Positions 21,101 through 30,352 of a stretch of DNA of 64,000 nucleotides are shown in pieces. The translations under genes and the position numbers were made by a program. The stretch lies in assembly GCA_964570065.1 (NCBI GenBank), contig CAZMVZ010000001.1, positions 41,652 to 105,651 of the forward strand. Reading direction: 5' to 3'. The stretch's first letter is position 1. Every line of letters starts with the position of its first letter. This DNA comes from an uncultured Candidatus Poseidoniales archaeon (GTDB lineage: Archaea > Thermoplasmatota > Poseidoniia > Poseidoniales > Thalassarchaeaceae). The notes beneath the pieces were generated by a model. It ran no database searches. It was not told the origin of the DNA and was given only the letters and a program-made list of their open reading frames with translations.

Positions 21101-24100
21101 TGGCTCATGGGATGGCAAGGCATTCAAAGTGTACGGAAAAGACTTCACTAGATGGGCCGAGGTTCATCTCCAGACCAATCAGAACCAGGGTGAGCTAGAT
21201 CTTGGTTGGATTCCCTTCGAAGCTTGTCCCCCGATGTCTGAAGTAAGGATTAATGTGGAGTCTTGGGGGCCAACGTCAGTTGAGAGGAATACAACGACAT
21301 CAGAACACATCTGGGTCGAGGGGACCTTGGAGTTTGTAGAGAACCAGACTCTGGTGGATAACATATCACTCTCAATGTACCTTGTCGAACCCAGTCAATC
21401 CGAAGAGGTGCCCGGAAGTGCCGCCATTCTGGAGCACGTGGTGGCCAATGTTACAACGAATGAAAATGGCTCATTCAATCTAACAGGACTTCCTCCTCAA
21501 ATAATACAACCAGGTTTCGGATCTCTGGTGATCCTTACCACCGAGATGGGATATGTCGGCATCCAGGGAATTTCCATGCCGTGGCAAGTCAATATCACAG
21601 ATGACGTATCCTTGTCTATTACCAGTCCAATTCCAGTAGGTCAACCAATGCTTGGGATTGGGGTCAATTCTTCAATAACCGGACAACTTTCTTGGGCAAG
21701 TTCACCTTTCTTGGACCCTTCAATTGTGGATGACCTGCAGGTCGTTCTGAACTACTCTTCGGATGTAGATGGCGAAGTTTCGGTTGTTTCCGGTGTATCC
21801 GGAGGGGGATATTACGAGTTCATAGTACCAATCGACGAGACAGAACCTCTTGGATTAATGGATGCTGCTATTTCATTCCAGGGTTGGCATTTCGAAGATC
21901 TGAACAATGCCACCCTCCCTTCTTACCACGCGCTTCCGGGTATCCTGCCCTTCAAGCTGAACATCACGCTATCTCCAAACCTAACAGTAGGGATTCAGTC
22001 CCAAGGACAGAATAACTCGATTCTGGAGATTGGAAGCAATATCTATCTGAACGGAACAGTACTCAGTAGAGGCCCGTCTCCTTCTCCGCTGAATGGGACA
22101 TTGATTCTAGAGATGCGAAGAGCTGATCTCTCTGGACCATTCCAAGAGTTGACCACATGGTACCTCAATGACTCCTCATGGGGCTCCACTCCGGGGGATT
22201 TCTCAATCGCTTGGCCCTTCTCTGCCTCTGACGTCCCCCTCCCTGCGGGGCCGGTTGATGTACGTCTGCAGTTCGACTCCGATGACTTGAATTCGAATGA
22301 CCAAGAACAATTTGTCGATGTCTACGGAATACGGAGCTTCGTTGTTTTCGATTACGAACTTGCCTTCGCCATCAGGGGCAGGGAGTATGCCGTTGACGTA
22401 TTACTAGAGGATCACACTGGCTCGTCTTTTGCTCCATTTGATGGCGAATATACCTTACTTTTTGATGGGGACCTCGTTTGGAACGAAACCGATCCTGACG
22501 CTGGACGGGTAACTCCAACCTTCACTCCATCTTTTGGCATGATCCCGGGGGACTATTTTTGGAACCTCAGCTATGGTGGCTCCACTTGGCTCAGCCCCAA
22601 TTCTACATCAGGTCTTCTAAGGGTCCGAGGAATGGGCAATGCATCCGCAAGTGTCTCTAATGATTGGTCCGTCAGAGGATCGACAAACTGGATCTCTGGA
22701 TTCGCAAGAGATATGGTGCTGCAGAACCAGATTACCGGAAACAACACTTCCGTAACTGTGCAGCTTCTGGTACCCTCGACCCTACCTCCCACTCCAGGCG
22801 GATTCCCAGCAGCCCCCACGATCTACAATATCGCAAACGGTTGGGTGGACGAAGCAACAGGTGCATACAATCTTTCATTCGAGATTCCACAGGGTATTCC
22901 TTCTGGCGTATACGAGATTGATGTCACTTTGAGTTTCTCTGGTAACCCTCCAGAAGGAGGAAGCTACTACAACGCAGGAGATCCAACAACAATCAGTTTA
23001 GGCGTGCAGACGGAGTTTGTAGTCGAGACCGACCCCCAGTCTTCGATAGTTACTGCCGGGGAAGAATTGCTCCTCCAGTCTACTGTAACGGATGTTGAGG
23101 ACCCAAATGCAGAACTGTCTGGTGTGTCTTTGGATCTCTACTTCGACTGGGGTGGGCCTCTCCAGACAATACTCCAATCTGGAACTACTAACTCTGGAGG
23201 AATTGTCTCCTTCGATCCAATTGTCCCGTCCACCGCTCCACCCGGATATTACGACATTAGGGTTCACGCGGCTGACGATCTTTCTGATAACCTCACAACG
23301 CCCGGAGCGGGAAGATGGCTCGGGAACGAGAGTTTCGTGAATCTAACTGTACAGGTTGTCAGCTCAGTTGAGATTACCTCAATTCCTTCCCAAGTTACTG
23401 CACTACAATCCTTCAACTTAGTGGGCAATGTGATGGATTCAGTAGTTGCCAATAGAACCGTAGACGGACCAGTTGGCATCAATGTATTCTTCCTTGACGA
23501 ACCAGAAGAACTTCTAATTAATAATCAAACTACGAATATTACTGGAGCGTTCAACCTCATAGTTCCAACCGATACCCTCGGAAACGGTGTCCTCAGAGGA
23601 GACAGGACCCTAGTCGTTAGCGTAGTCAATGGCTCGACACCGTTCTACCTGACTGGCAACGGGGATGCATCGATACTAGTGGTGGGGGTTTCCCAATTCG
23701 TAGACTCAAATCCGTTTGTGAATACCATTGTGGACCGTGGCGAATCAATCACCATTACGACTAGGCTAGTAGAGTTCAGCAACAACGAGAATCCACTTTC
23801 AGGCTTCGAAGTGTGGGCTCGTTTCCACGATACTTGGCTCGATCCGGGCGTAACTGCTGCTGATGGAAGTATTGCCTTCGAATTCGAAGTCCCTCATGAC
23901 CACCCTCTGGGGCTCGTTAATGTCACCTTTGTCTTCAACGGTTCCGTTGACCTCCACCAAGCAGTGCTGACTCTGAATACCATCACAGTGAGATCTACAG
24001 CTACCATGGTAATAGATCCGATAACTGCAAACCCGCTTCCAGGAGAATTCTTCAACGTCACAGGCTCTTTGACATCTAGTAACGGATCGGGACTATCTGA

Positions 24101-27068
24101 CAGTTCTGGCAATCCTCTGAATCCAACACTGACATTCTCAATTGACGATGAATCCAGTACGTTCATAGTTTCCCAGGTTACATTCAATGCCGATGGAACT
24201 TGGTCAGCAGAACTTAGACTCGACTTGTCATTCCCCCGAGGACCACATGGATTGGGTGTTTCTTTTACACCCCAGGTGACATATTTCTCCTCAGCATCTG
24301 GATTTGCTACCTTCGATAGCAGGGGCTTTTCGGTTCTAACAATAGAAAGCCCAGATGACCTTGATCCCGACAACAGGACAATCAGAGGGGAAACTTTCGA
24401 TATCTCTCTCTCCCTGATAGATAACGCGGGCGGGCCTGTGATATCTGCCACCATAGTGGTAAGAATTGACAATATCACCGTATGGGGCGGTCTGACTGAT
24501 CCTAACGGTACCGCTTCAGCATCAATACTGGTTAGGCCAGACAGAGACCCTGGGCCAATGGTGGTCACAGCAACATTCTCAGGAATCAATGGTACTATTG
24601 GCCTTCTTGGTGATGTGTCTTGGACAAGGCTAATCGTCCTGGCCCCCACGAATCTAGTGCTGAAAGAAGCATCCTCTCCCTCCATAGCCGGTGGGTCTGT
24701 AACTCTGGTCGGTTCACTTTTGGATGAAAGGGGGCAACTCCTGAAGTCCGAGGGCAACACCAGTGGTGGGCTGATTCATCTGTACATTGATGGGATTGAC
24801 GTTGGGCCTGCTTACACCACTTTCTCCAATGCTACCACGGGGCAGTGGTCTATCACATACCTAATTCCTTCAGAGATGGACTTCGGGCCCCATACAGCTC
24901 GAGTAGATTTCCTAGGCGGATTTTCTTGGGTAGATCCTATGGGCCAAGGTGACTCCCTCAATCCAGAATACTACTTGGGTTCCTCTGACACAATGGCATT
25001 CAATGTGACTCAACCAACTCAAGTGGTAATTTCCACACCCCCTGAAGAAATTGACAGGACAGAGGTAGCAGTAGTAGAAGGCGTTCTGACGGATGGCGTC
25101 GGCCGAGCCATCCCAAGTAGAGATCTCATCATGTCGGTAGATGGGCAGGAAATAACATCAATATCGGTGGACGGAAATGGTTCGTTCACAGGTTTTGTCC
25201 CAATTGCGTCAGACATGTCACTGGGGCCGATTGTTATCGGCATAGCTTTCGCCGGGGAGGATTTCCTACTTCCATCAGAATCATCAGTGGTATTCACTGT
25301 CTTTTCCCCAGTTTTCGTCACAATGGATCCAATAGGGCCAATTGCCGTGGGTGACTCCTTGTTGATTTCGGGTTCTGCCAAGGATAACTTGGAGGATGGT
25401 TGGTTAGGGAGCCAAACAATCGAGATCTTTGTTGATGGTGTACTGGTGGGGATAACTAGTAGTCAGGAGACCGGCAATTGGTCATTGGAGTGGACGATCC
25501 CCGATTCAATGGATATTGGGAACCATTCGATTTCTGCAATTTCTCCAGCACAAGGGTTCTACAGGCAGGGCATAATAGAGTCGAATTTCACCGTCTCTTA
25601 CCACACCTCAATTTCACACCAGGTCGAACAGACGTATGTGACCAGAGGGGGGCATTGGAACTTCAGTGGCAGACTTTTCGAATCTGACACTGGTTTTGAG
25701 CAAGGACTTGAGGGTAGGGAGATTTCAGTATTATTGGATGGAGCCCCTGTCGAATTGGTAGTTACCGAAGAGGGCGGTTTCTTCTCCTACAGCCATAGGG
25801 TGCAATACGCATTGAGCAGAGGTTCTCATAACGTCTCTTTCCTGTTCGGTGGCGAGTTCCTCTACCTCTCCACAGGTTCCGTGTCGCAGGTGTTTGTCCT
25901 GTCAGACATCGTAGTCGAGGTACAACCAATCACCAACACGATTATTCGAGGCGATGCATCTCCATCCAGCTCGATAATGATACAGGGGCTTGTAAGGGAG
26001 TTGGGAGGCGAATCCGCAATCTTCGCCAACCTTTCCATGAGCCTAACATGGGGTGAATCTGACCTTCCAATCACTTCCGGGCCTTGGGATAATCCGAGTA
26101 CGATGAACTTCCAGATCAGAGCAAAGGCCCAGGAATTCATGCATCCAGGTGAGAATGTCATCACTATAGTAGTCGATTCAGACCAGTCCAGGTTCCTGAA
26201 TGGTGTTTCCAAGGAAATCGAGATTCTCGTGATGATAGAGGTTGACTTCGTATACTCTGAATTGGACCTCTCAAACGGCCAGAGGGTGATTAGGGGGACT
26301 GTAAACGCCACTGCTAGGGATACCGGCGCTCCACTGGAGGGACTTTCCCTAACCGCTAGCCTGATGAATGGCAGTACTACTCATTTTTCGGTTTCTAAGC
26401 TAACCGGGGAAGATGGTGTCTTTCAGTACGAATTCAAGTCAATGGCCCCATTGCCCGCCTTGTCTGAACAATCTCTTCCACCAGAGGGATGGGGTCTCCT
26501 AAGCGTGATGATTGGCTCGGACTCAGAGTTCATCGATCCGGGAAGCCTCGCTCTGCTGCCCTCTTCTGGCGTCCCAATAACTTACGAGAAACAAGAGGGT
26601 GACTCTCTCTTTGGCAGTACATATGTTGCACTCGGTGCTCTGTTGGTAGCAGCAATCGCCATCGCAATCGGCGCCATGGCTTTCAATACGAAGAGGAAAT
26701 CAACAATCAGGGATCTAGCCAAGGTTCTGGGCCAGACCGCAGAGATGCTGGCAGCTGGCGATGAATATCGCCGAGCCATCTTCCTATGCTACGAGAATAT
26801 GTGTTCAGTCCTAATGCGCCGGGGTTTCCTACGAAGGAACTTCGAGACAGTTCGAGAGTTCGAGTACGCAATCAGAGAGGCTCTGCCAATCAGCGAGGCT
26901 TCCTTGGTGCCCCTGGATAGAATTTTCGAGGAGGCCAGATACTCAAGTCACGTTCTTGGGGACTCTCATAGGGACAACGCACAACTAGCTCTCTCTTCGG
27001 TCATGCAGGAGATTGAGGCGATTCAAGACATTCCAACGAGGGATTTACAGTTGGAGATTGAGGAGTGA
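18108..27068 (+). CDS. Giant surface protein (2986 aa): TSP3/EF-hand-like Ca-binding repeats, transglutaminase-like cysteine-protease core, Ig-like stalk, TM anchor, cytoplasmic DUF4129-like domain
   Basis: Signal peptide, ~20 DxDxDGxxDxxE loops with PDGWE…GLDP spacing, GDCDEFTSVFVTMLRMAGIPARKVTGF…RWAEVHL…WIPFEAC (TGase-like core), one TM (ALGALLVAAIAIAIGAMAF), then a ~125-aa tail resembling DUF4129. Confidence 0.85.
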   Translation: MHLANPNYGESGPAAKKRSASLLTFLILMSGGASMQLAVFEASATVNDQDADGLPYGIEFLINTQPQDWDSDNDGLPDGWEWQYGLDPLSSSGDNGSTGDPDSDGLTNLNEYLYGIPSGWDEPSTTNVLDNGVWWNGTIPVSNWDEESAMQVIQGSGSDGADEDPVGNICTDTFDNDHDGMVDSNDPDFDGDADCSSNDDDGDGIEDEDPNGWDTDGDGMPDGWEAANGLDPTSNSNQDGTFGDPDSDGLSNIYEYVNPAWGTRNGTTFPPTQYFRPGPINMTITESPCNPVLSLGPGGCGIFTAEVDGITQTDPQNNDTDGDGLNDSLEGLILLTDPTSPDTDSDGILDGIEYNGSYGDPAQGSDPRDNNTDGDHLDDGDEDLNGNGVVDPGETDPTRINDEGDFDGDGLQNWEENNSCTLWNVSDSDGGGISDGDEGFPGQTDPCTSIFELVFTIISWDGDADTLTINSTEGINPDPVDWRGNAPMAYFVSPNGTRTPFSYASLEAPSFLKGVDTEPPTGAATILFTNGSWCWDASVNATNDPWCDDDYKDSDGDGLADWEELTAAWGFLSDPTLYDSDGDGVNDLSETLNLTDPREPCHNLLDSDEDGLNNYFENTTGCSMIFGIGGFGFGGNFTSDVWFTLWNVADTDNGGVEDGQEYLDGTNPQDNPDDDINPLDTDGDGIPDIIEQDIGTDWLDPDSDGGGIPDGEECPEDFWVLDCIGSPGDPFDPIDDIQENALMFTATNSSEGLDPTVKHYWRWHTYDFYTGVSWGVNSTLVGNTQVTPEFSTEQGVADQSFWNHSGPLSWEIVFDEAGYIGPGQELIQPHNVVNYTAWVDSSAGLNFSNYTRDIIVDSAVIEALYVNAPEVVLSAVIRENSTAFADSDYGKDLPPDFMNNSGFVANLTQDVIDQSGAISAWDKVTAIQNFIVNGNETISFLRNHYGSGRESGLGIDSDVSHWILNSSREGDCDEFTSVFVTMLRMAGIPARKVTGFSGGSWDGKAFKVYGKDFTRWAEVHLQTNQNQGELDLGWIPFEACPPMSEVRINVESWGPTSVERNTTTSEHIWVEGTLEFVENQTLVDNISLSMYLVEPSQSEEVPGSAAILEHVVANVTTNENGSFNLTGLPPQIIQPGFGSLVILTTEMGYVGIQGISMPWQVNITDDVSLSITSPIPVGQPMLGIGVNSSITGQLSWASSPFLDPSIVDDLQVVLNYSSDVDGEVSVVSGVSGGGYYEFIVPIDETEPLGLMDAAISFQGWHFEDLNNATLPSYHALPGILPFKLNITLSPNLTVGIQSQGQNNSILEIGSNIYLNGTVLSRGPSPSPLNGTLILEMRRADLSGPFQELTTWYLNDSSWGSTPGDFSIAWPFSASDVPLPAGPVDVRLQFDSDDLNSNDQEQFVDVYGIRSFVVFDYELAFAIRGREYAVDVLLEDHTGSSFAPFDGEYTLLFDGDLVWNETDPDAGRVTPTFTPSFGMIPGDYFWNLSYGGSTWLSPNSTSGLLRVRGMGNASASVSNDWSVRGSTNWISGFARDMVLQNQITGNNTSVTVQLLVPSTLPPTPGGFPAAPTIYNIANGWVDEATGAYNLSFEIPQGIPSGVYEIDVTLSFSGNPPEGGSYYNAGDPTTISLGVQTEFVVETDPQSSIVTAGEELLLQSTVTDVEDPNAELSGVSLDLYFDWGGPLQTILQSGTTNSGGIVSFDPIVPSTAPPGYYDIRVHAADDLSDNLTTPGAGRWLGNESFVNLTVQVVSSVEITSIPSQVTALQSFNLVGNVMDSVVANRTVDGPVGINVFFLDEPEELLINNQTTNITGAFNLIVPTDTLGNGVLRGDRTLVVSVVNGSTPFYLTGNGDASILVVGVSQFVDSNPFVNTIVDRGESITITTRLVEFSNNENPLSGFEVWARFHDTWLDPGVTAADGSIAFEFEVPHDHPLGLVNVTFVFNGSVDLHQAVLTLNTITVRSTATMVIDPITANPLPGEFFNVTGSLTSSNGSGLSDSSGNPLNPTLTFSIDDESSTFIVSQVTFNADGTWSAELRLDLSFPRGPHGLGVSFTPQVTYFSSASGFATFDSRGFSVLTIESPDDLDPDNRTIRGETFDISLSLIDNAGGPVISATIVVRIDNITVWGGLTDPNGTASASILVRPDRDPGPMVVTATFSGINGTIGLLGDVSWTRLIVLAPTNLVLKEASSPSIAGGSVTLVGSLLDERGQLLKSEGNTSGGLIHLYIDGIDVGPAYTTFSNATTGQWSITYLIPSEMDFGPHTARVDFLGGFSWVDPMGQGDSLNPEYYLGSSDTMAFNVTQPTQVVISTPPEEIDRTEVAVVEGVLTDGVGRAIPSRDLIMSVDGQEITSISVDGNGSFTGFVPIASDMSLGPIVIGIAFAGEDFLLPSESSVVFTVFSPVFVTMDPIGPIAVGDSLLISGSAKDNLEDGWLGSQTIEIFVDGVLVGITSSQETGNWSLEWTIPDSMDIGNHSISAISPAQGFYRQGIIESNFTVSYHTSISHQVEQTYVTRGGHWNFSGRLFESDTGFEQGLEGREISVLLDGAPVELVVTEEGGFFSYSHRVQYALSRGSHNVSFLFGGEFLYLSTGSVSQVFVLSDIVVEVQPITNTIIRGDASPSSSIMIQGLVRELGGESAIFANLSMSLTWGESDLPITSGPWDNPSTMNFQIRAKAQEFMHPGENVITIVVDSDQSRFLNGVSKEIEILVMIEVDFVYSELDLSNGQRVIRGTVNATARDTGAPLEGLSLTASLMNGSTTHFSVSKLTGEDGVFQYEFKSMAPLPALSEQSLPPEGWGLLSVMIGSDSEFIDPGSLALLPSSGVPITYEKQEGDSLFGSTYVALGALLVAAIAIAIGAMAFNTKRKSTIRDLAKVLGQTAEMLAAGDEYRRAIFLCYENMCSVLMRRGFLRRNFETVREFEYAIREALPISEASLVPLDRIFEEARYSSHVLGDSHRDNAQLALSSVMQEIEAIQDIPTRDLQLEIEE

Positions 27069-27069
27069 C

Positions 27070-27522
27070 TCAATCCAACTTGATTGCAATGAATTCCCCT
27101 TCCCAAATTGCCCCTGAAACACGCCTCTCCTTTGGTAGCCGGAATGACCTGATCAATCCTCCAAACCTCTCTGGGGAAATAACTCTGACAACCTGAGAAT
27201 CATTGTCGTTCGTAGTCTCGATGGTAAACTCATTCTTGTTGGTAGTTGGCAAGGGGATCCTAATCTCAGATTCCGACCATTCTCCTCCGAACTCAGAGAC
27301 AAACTCACCCAAAGTGGAAACAGACTCGCTCAGGACTCTCGACTCGATTTCAGAGACTACCGAGTCATGCATCCCCATTACTTCAGAGAGATGGGGCAAC
27401 TCATTTAGGAATCCTCGATGCATGGACTCTGCATCTGTATCAAGGCCTACTTTCAGATCGGCCAGACCACCAATTGACTCTATTTCTGCATCAGATTGGA
27501 CATCAACCCTGGTCCACTCCAT
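27070..27522 (-). CDS. Small heat-shock protein (Hsp20/alpha-crystallin-like), tentative
   Basis: The C-terminal half (…EIRIPLPTTNKNEFTIE…VVRVISPE…LIRSFRLPKE…GAIWEGEFIAIKL) follows the alpha-crystallin-domain beta-strand pattern. Similarity is weak, so treat as a hypothesis. Confidence 0.45.
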   Translation of the reverse strand: MEWTRVDVQSDAEIESIGGLADLKVGLDTDAESMHRGFLNELPHLSEVMGMHDSVVSEIESRVLSESVSTLGEFVSEFGGEWSESEIRIPLPTTNKNEFTIETTNDNDSQVVRVISPERFGGLIRSFRLPKERRVSGAIWEGEFIAIKLD

Positions 27523-27562
27523 GCATTGCCCAGTTACCCGACTCGCATGAACCCATTGTAGG

Positions 27563-29599
27563 TCAAATCTCGAAGAACGCCTTGACTCGTTCTGCAGTTC
27601 TTTCGGGTTTCGATGTTCGCATCTTCTGCATCGAAGGCATACAATCGCTGACCCTCCTCTCTAGAAGCCTCTTCTCCAGAAGTACCACAATCGCCCTGTC
27701 CTCCTTCTTCCTAATTGGCCTTCCAAGTGCCTGAAGAATACTGTTTACAGCTGGCTGTAGACTTGCGTACTTCCATGCCCTATTCCTGTCATACTTCTTC
27801 GAATAGTACTCTAGCAAGGCATCTTGTTTGGCGCTTGGAGGTGGCAAAGGCAGACCAACGCAAACCAGAGCACTCAGAACATTTTCCGAGTAATCAACCC
27901 CCTCGGAAAGCTTCCCACTCAGGACTCCAAATAGAGCAGATCCTCCCATTTGCTTATGCTCATAGAGTTTAGAGATCAAACTCTCTACTCCCGACTTACT
28001 CATTCGCTGCTCTTCCTTGATAATTTTCTTTGGGCTCCAACTATTCTCAAATTCCCCATGAATCCTATCAAGCATAGAATAGCTGGGGGCGAAAATTGCA
28101 ACATTTCCTTTCGTGTTGTCTATTACCGACTTTACATGGCTAATTATTGATGAAAAACTCTCCTCTCTTTCAGTGTACTTGCTTGTCACATCACTTGCAA
28201 TTAGTACTGGCCTATTGCCCAAGGGGAAACCAGAAGAATACTCAATGCATGAAGAACGAATCCTCGGTATTCCTAGTATCTCTGCGTACATTTCTGGCGG
28301 GAATAGCGTTCCAGACATCAGTATGGAACCTAGACATTGTTCGAAGATTGGTTCGCCAACAACACTCGGGTCAAGTAGATGACTAGTCACCCTTGGCTCA
28401 TCAAGAAGTTCATCGAAGACTAAGGCCAATGCGGAATTTTTTCTATATCTGATACAAATTTCCAATATCTCAGCAAGCCTCGTGCAGTCGTTCTGTTCAT
28501 CTTCCTCCGAATCCTCATCTTCTTCGATTACGACCGACAACAATCGTGCAATCATCATCCTCAGAAGAGATATATCGTCTTCGGGATCCTCTTCTAGAAT
28601 CCCACCTATGGCCTTTGAAACAACATCTAGGAAATCCTGAGTAGCCACCCTTACGTCGTCTCCTTTTGTCCGTTTATTCTCGGCTTTCTTTTCTTCGAAC
28701 CATTCCCTCAGACCTGCATCATCCCTCAATGCTCTGATTTGCTTCTCCAGAGATTTCGCTTCTCTAAGCTGATTTGATTCAGGCATCTCCAAATCCGCCT
28801 CCCTTTTCTCCATGCTCTCTTTGTATTCTTCGACATCCGACAAAGCTCTTTGGAAAACTCTCTCGGTAACTCTCCTCTCAAGGCCACTCCTAATTCGATC
28901 CGGAAGGTTATGTGCCTCATCGACGATAAGAATTGTATTTTCCAAATCTATGCCCATTACTGGGAGTGAAGCATCTCTGACGCCCTCTACGAAAACATGG
29001 TTGTAGTCGCAGACGATTACTCTAGTGTTTTTTGCCGCCTCTCTTGCAGTTGCCCATGCGCACACATCCGTCTTCCTGACTCGCTTTAGAACCTGATCAA
29101 CATGCCGTGGCTCAGAATGGATGAATTCTTCCAAATCCCCCCTTAGGAACCTCCTCTCTGACTCAGTTACTCCTATTTCGCAATTGCATTTCCCCGTGGA
29201 CCTGTCCACTACTTTGCACATGCCCTCTCTCCCAATGATATCAACTACTTTCACTCTGGAGAATCCAGGTGGCAGCCTCTTGTTGATTTCACGAATTGTG
29301 TCAACAACAATCCTGTGTTGGGATTGCCTCCCTGTCAGAAACATAATCTTTGGAATTTCTGTGTTCTCACTTTGATTTGCAGCATTGAGTGCGGATGCCA
29401 GTGCTGCCGCAGTCTTGCCAATCCCCGTAGGTGCTGCCGCAAGTAGGAACCCCCTGCCCTTCAATGCGTCAATACCATCCGAGATCATCCCTATCTGGGA
29501 CTCTCTAGGAGTATCATGAGCGAAGAAAAGACTGCTATTGGACACTCCTCCACCAGACATGGAGATGTACTGGGAAATTGACCGTCCATAAGTTTGCAT
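27563..29599 (-). CDS. XPD/Rad3-family (DinG-like) ATP-dependent DNA helicase
   Basis: Walker A AAPTGIGKT, DEAH box LIVDEAHNL, a four-Cys cluster domain between helicase motifs (CKVVDRSTGKCNCE…VCAWA…VCDYNH), and C-terminal helicase motifs. Confidence 0.85.
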   Translation of the reverse strand: MQTYGRSISQYISMSGGGVSNSSLFFAHDTPRESQIGMISDGIDALKGRGFLLAAAPTGIGKTAAALASALNAANQSENTEIPKIMFLTGRQSQHRIVVDTIREINKRLPPGFSRVKVVDIIGREGMCKVVDRSTGKCNCEIGVTESERRFLRGDLEEFIHSEPRHVDQVLKRVRKTDVCAWATAREAAKNTRVIVCDYNHVFVEGVRDASLPVMGIDLENTILIVDEAHNLPDRIRSGLERRVTERVFQRALSDVEEYKESMEKREADLEMPESNQLREAKSLEKQIRALRDDAGLREWFEEKKAENKRTKGDDVRVATQDFLDVVSKAIGGILEEDPEDDISLLRMMIARLLSVVIEEDEDSEEDEQNDCTRLAEILEICIRYRKNSALALVFDELLDEPRVTSHLLDPSVVGEPIFEQCLGSILMSGTLFPPEMYAEILGIPRIRSSCIEYSSGFPLGNRPVLIASDVTSKYTEREESFSSIISHVKSVIDNTKGNVAIFAPSYSMLDRIHGEFENSWSPKKIIKEEQRMSKSGVESLISKLYEHKQMGGSALFGVLSGKLSEGVDYSENVLSALVCVGLPLPPPSAKQDALLEYYSKKYDRNRAWKYASLQPAVNSILQALGRPIRKKEDRAIVVLLEKRLLERRVSDCMPSMQKMRTSKPERTAERVKAFFEI

Positions 29600-29814
29600 C
29601 CCAATTCATAGCATTCCATCTGGTAAGATTCGGGTTGCCCCGCACGCGTGGTGCGGGACGGTGTGTGTGTTGAGTTCTAACTCTGATCTGCTTTCCTGGG
29701 GATACGAGGGGCTTCGCTGGGGTCGTAACCAACTGCGTTGCTAAGCTTCTTCGCCCTGTTTCTGATGTTTCTCAGCCCGTTGCCAAATCTCCTGGCATCG
29801 CTTGATTGGTGGTT

Positions 29815-29839
29815 GGGGGAGCGGACACGCCGCTCCCCC
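29815..29839. terminator. Perfect 10-bp stem / 5-nt loop hairpin (GGGGGAGCGG-acacg-CCGCTCCCCC) ~45 nt downstream of the RHH regulator stop
   Basis: The palindrome is read directly. Its position is consistent with a transcript-end structure. Archaeal termination usually uses oligo-T, so the function is inferred. Confidence 0.4.
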
Positions 29840-29882
29840 GAGTTCTCTCTGTGCATCCCAACTTCGCCCATATCTCTCTCTC

Positions 29883-30230
29883 CTAAGCGTTTGAATCCTC
29901 ATCGTGTCTGAAGCGCAACTCATCCATGCGCTTTCTCAGTAGGTCCACTACCGTGGCCCCTTCGATCATCTCCTTGCGGATCATCTCCCTTGCCGATTGT
30001 CTTAGGACAACATCCGCCGGCTCACCAACAATCTTGCAGTAGTCTCTCAGCCTGACAGTTAACTCCGGGCCTAGGTCCACTTCCACTCGATCCCCCTTTC
30101 CAGGAAGGGGTGTCGACAGCATCCTCCTCACTGCCTCTCTAATCACGTCGGACCTGTTTCTCATCCCATCGAAGCCCACGAGTCTGTCTAGTTCCAGGAG
30201 GTGATCCTCTGGAATCCTCATCGAGACCAT
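29883..30230 (-). CDS. Ribbon-helix-helix (CopG/NikR-N-like) transcriptional regulator
   Basis: MVSMRIPEDHLLELDRLVGFDGMRNRSDVIREAVRRML is a canonical RHH beta-alpha-alpha. The start was chosen at this Met because the sequence upstream (30231-30349) is AT-rich promoter-like DNA. Confidence 0.6.
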   Translation of the reverse strand: MVSMRIPEDHLLELDRLVGFDGMRNRSDVIREAVRRMLSTPLPGKGDRVEVDLGPELTVRLRDYCKIVGEPADVVLRQSAREMIRKEMIEGATVVDLLRKRMDELRFRHDEDSNA

Positions 30231-30290
30231 TGGACTGTTGCCGGGCACCTCCTGTTCCTCCTGAGTCTGCCAGAGACGCGTACAGGATAT

Positions 30291-30349
30291 AATTGTATTG
30301 CAATTGAAATGCAAATGAAATACAATAACGATATTATTGAAACATCCTA
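30291..30349. promoter_or_regulatory. AT-rich divergent promoter/operator region between the RHH regulator and the HD hydrolase, containing palindrome ATTGCAAT and TGCAA direct repeats
   Basis: aattgtATTGCAATtgaaaTGCAAatgaaatacaataacgatattattgaaa is the only strongly AT-rich tract nearby. It holds an 8-bp perfect palindrome and TATA-like atattatt ~20 nt upstream of the HD ATG. Confidence 0.4.
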
Positions 30350-30352
30350 TTG

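Noticed and set aside
18108-27068. Possibility that the TGase/DUF4129 giant protein is part of a MoxR–DUF58–TGase triad as in bacteria
   Set aside because: No MoxR-type AAA+ ATPase or DUF58/VWA gene is present anywhere in the 64-kb window. The only NTPase nearby is the unrelated STAND-type protein.
29883-30314. Longer 143-aa version of the RHH regulator starting at 30314
   Set aside because: The extra 28 codons would run through the AT-rich palindromic promoter-like tract (30291-30349). The RHH fold begins exactly at the internal Met (MVSMRIPE), so that start was preferred.
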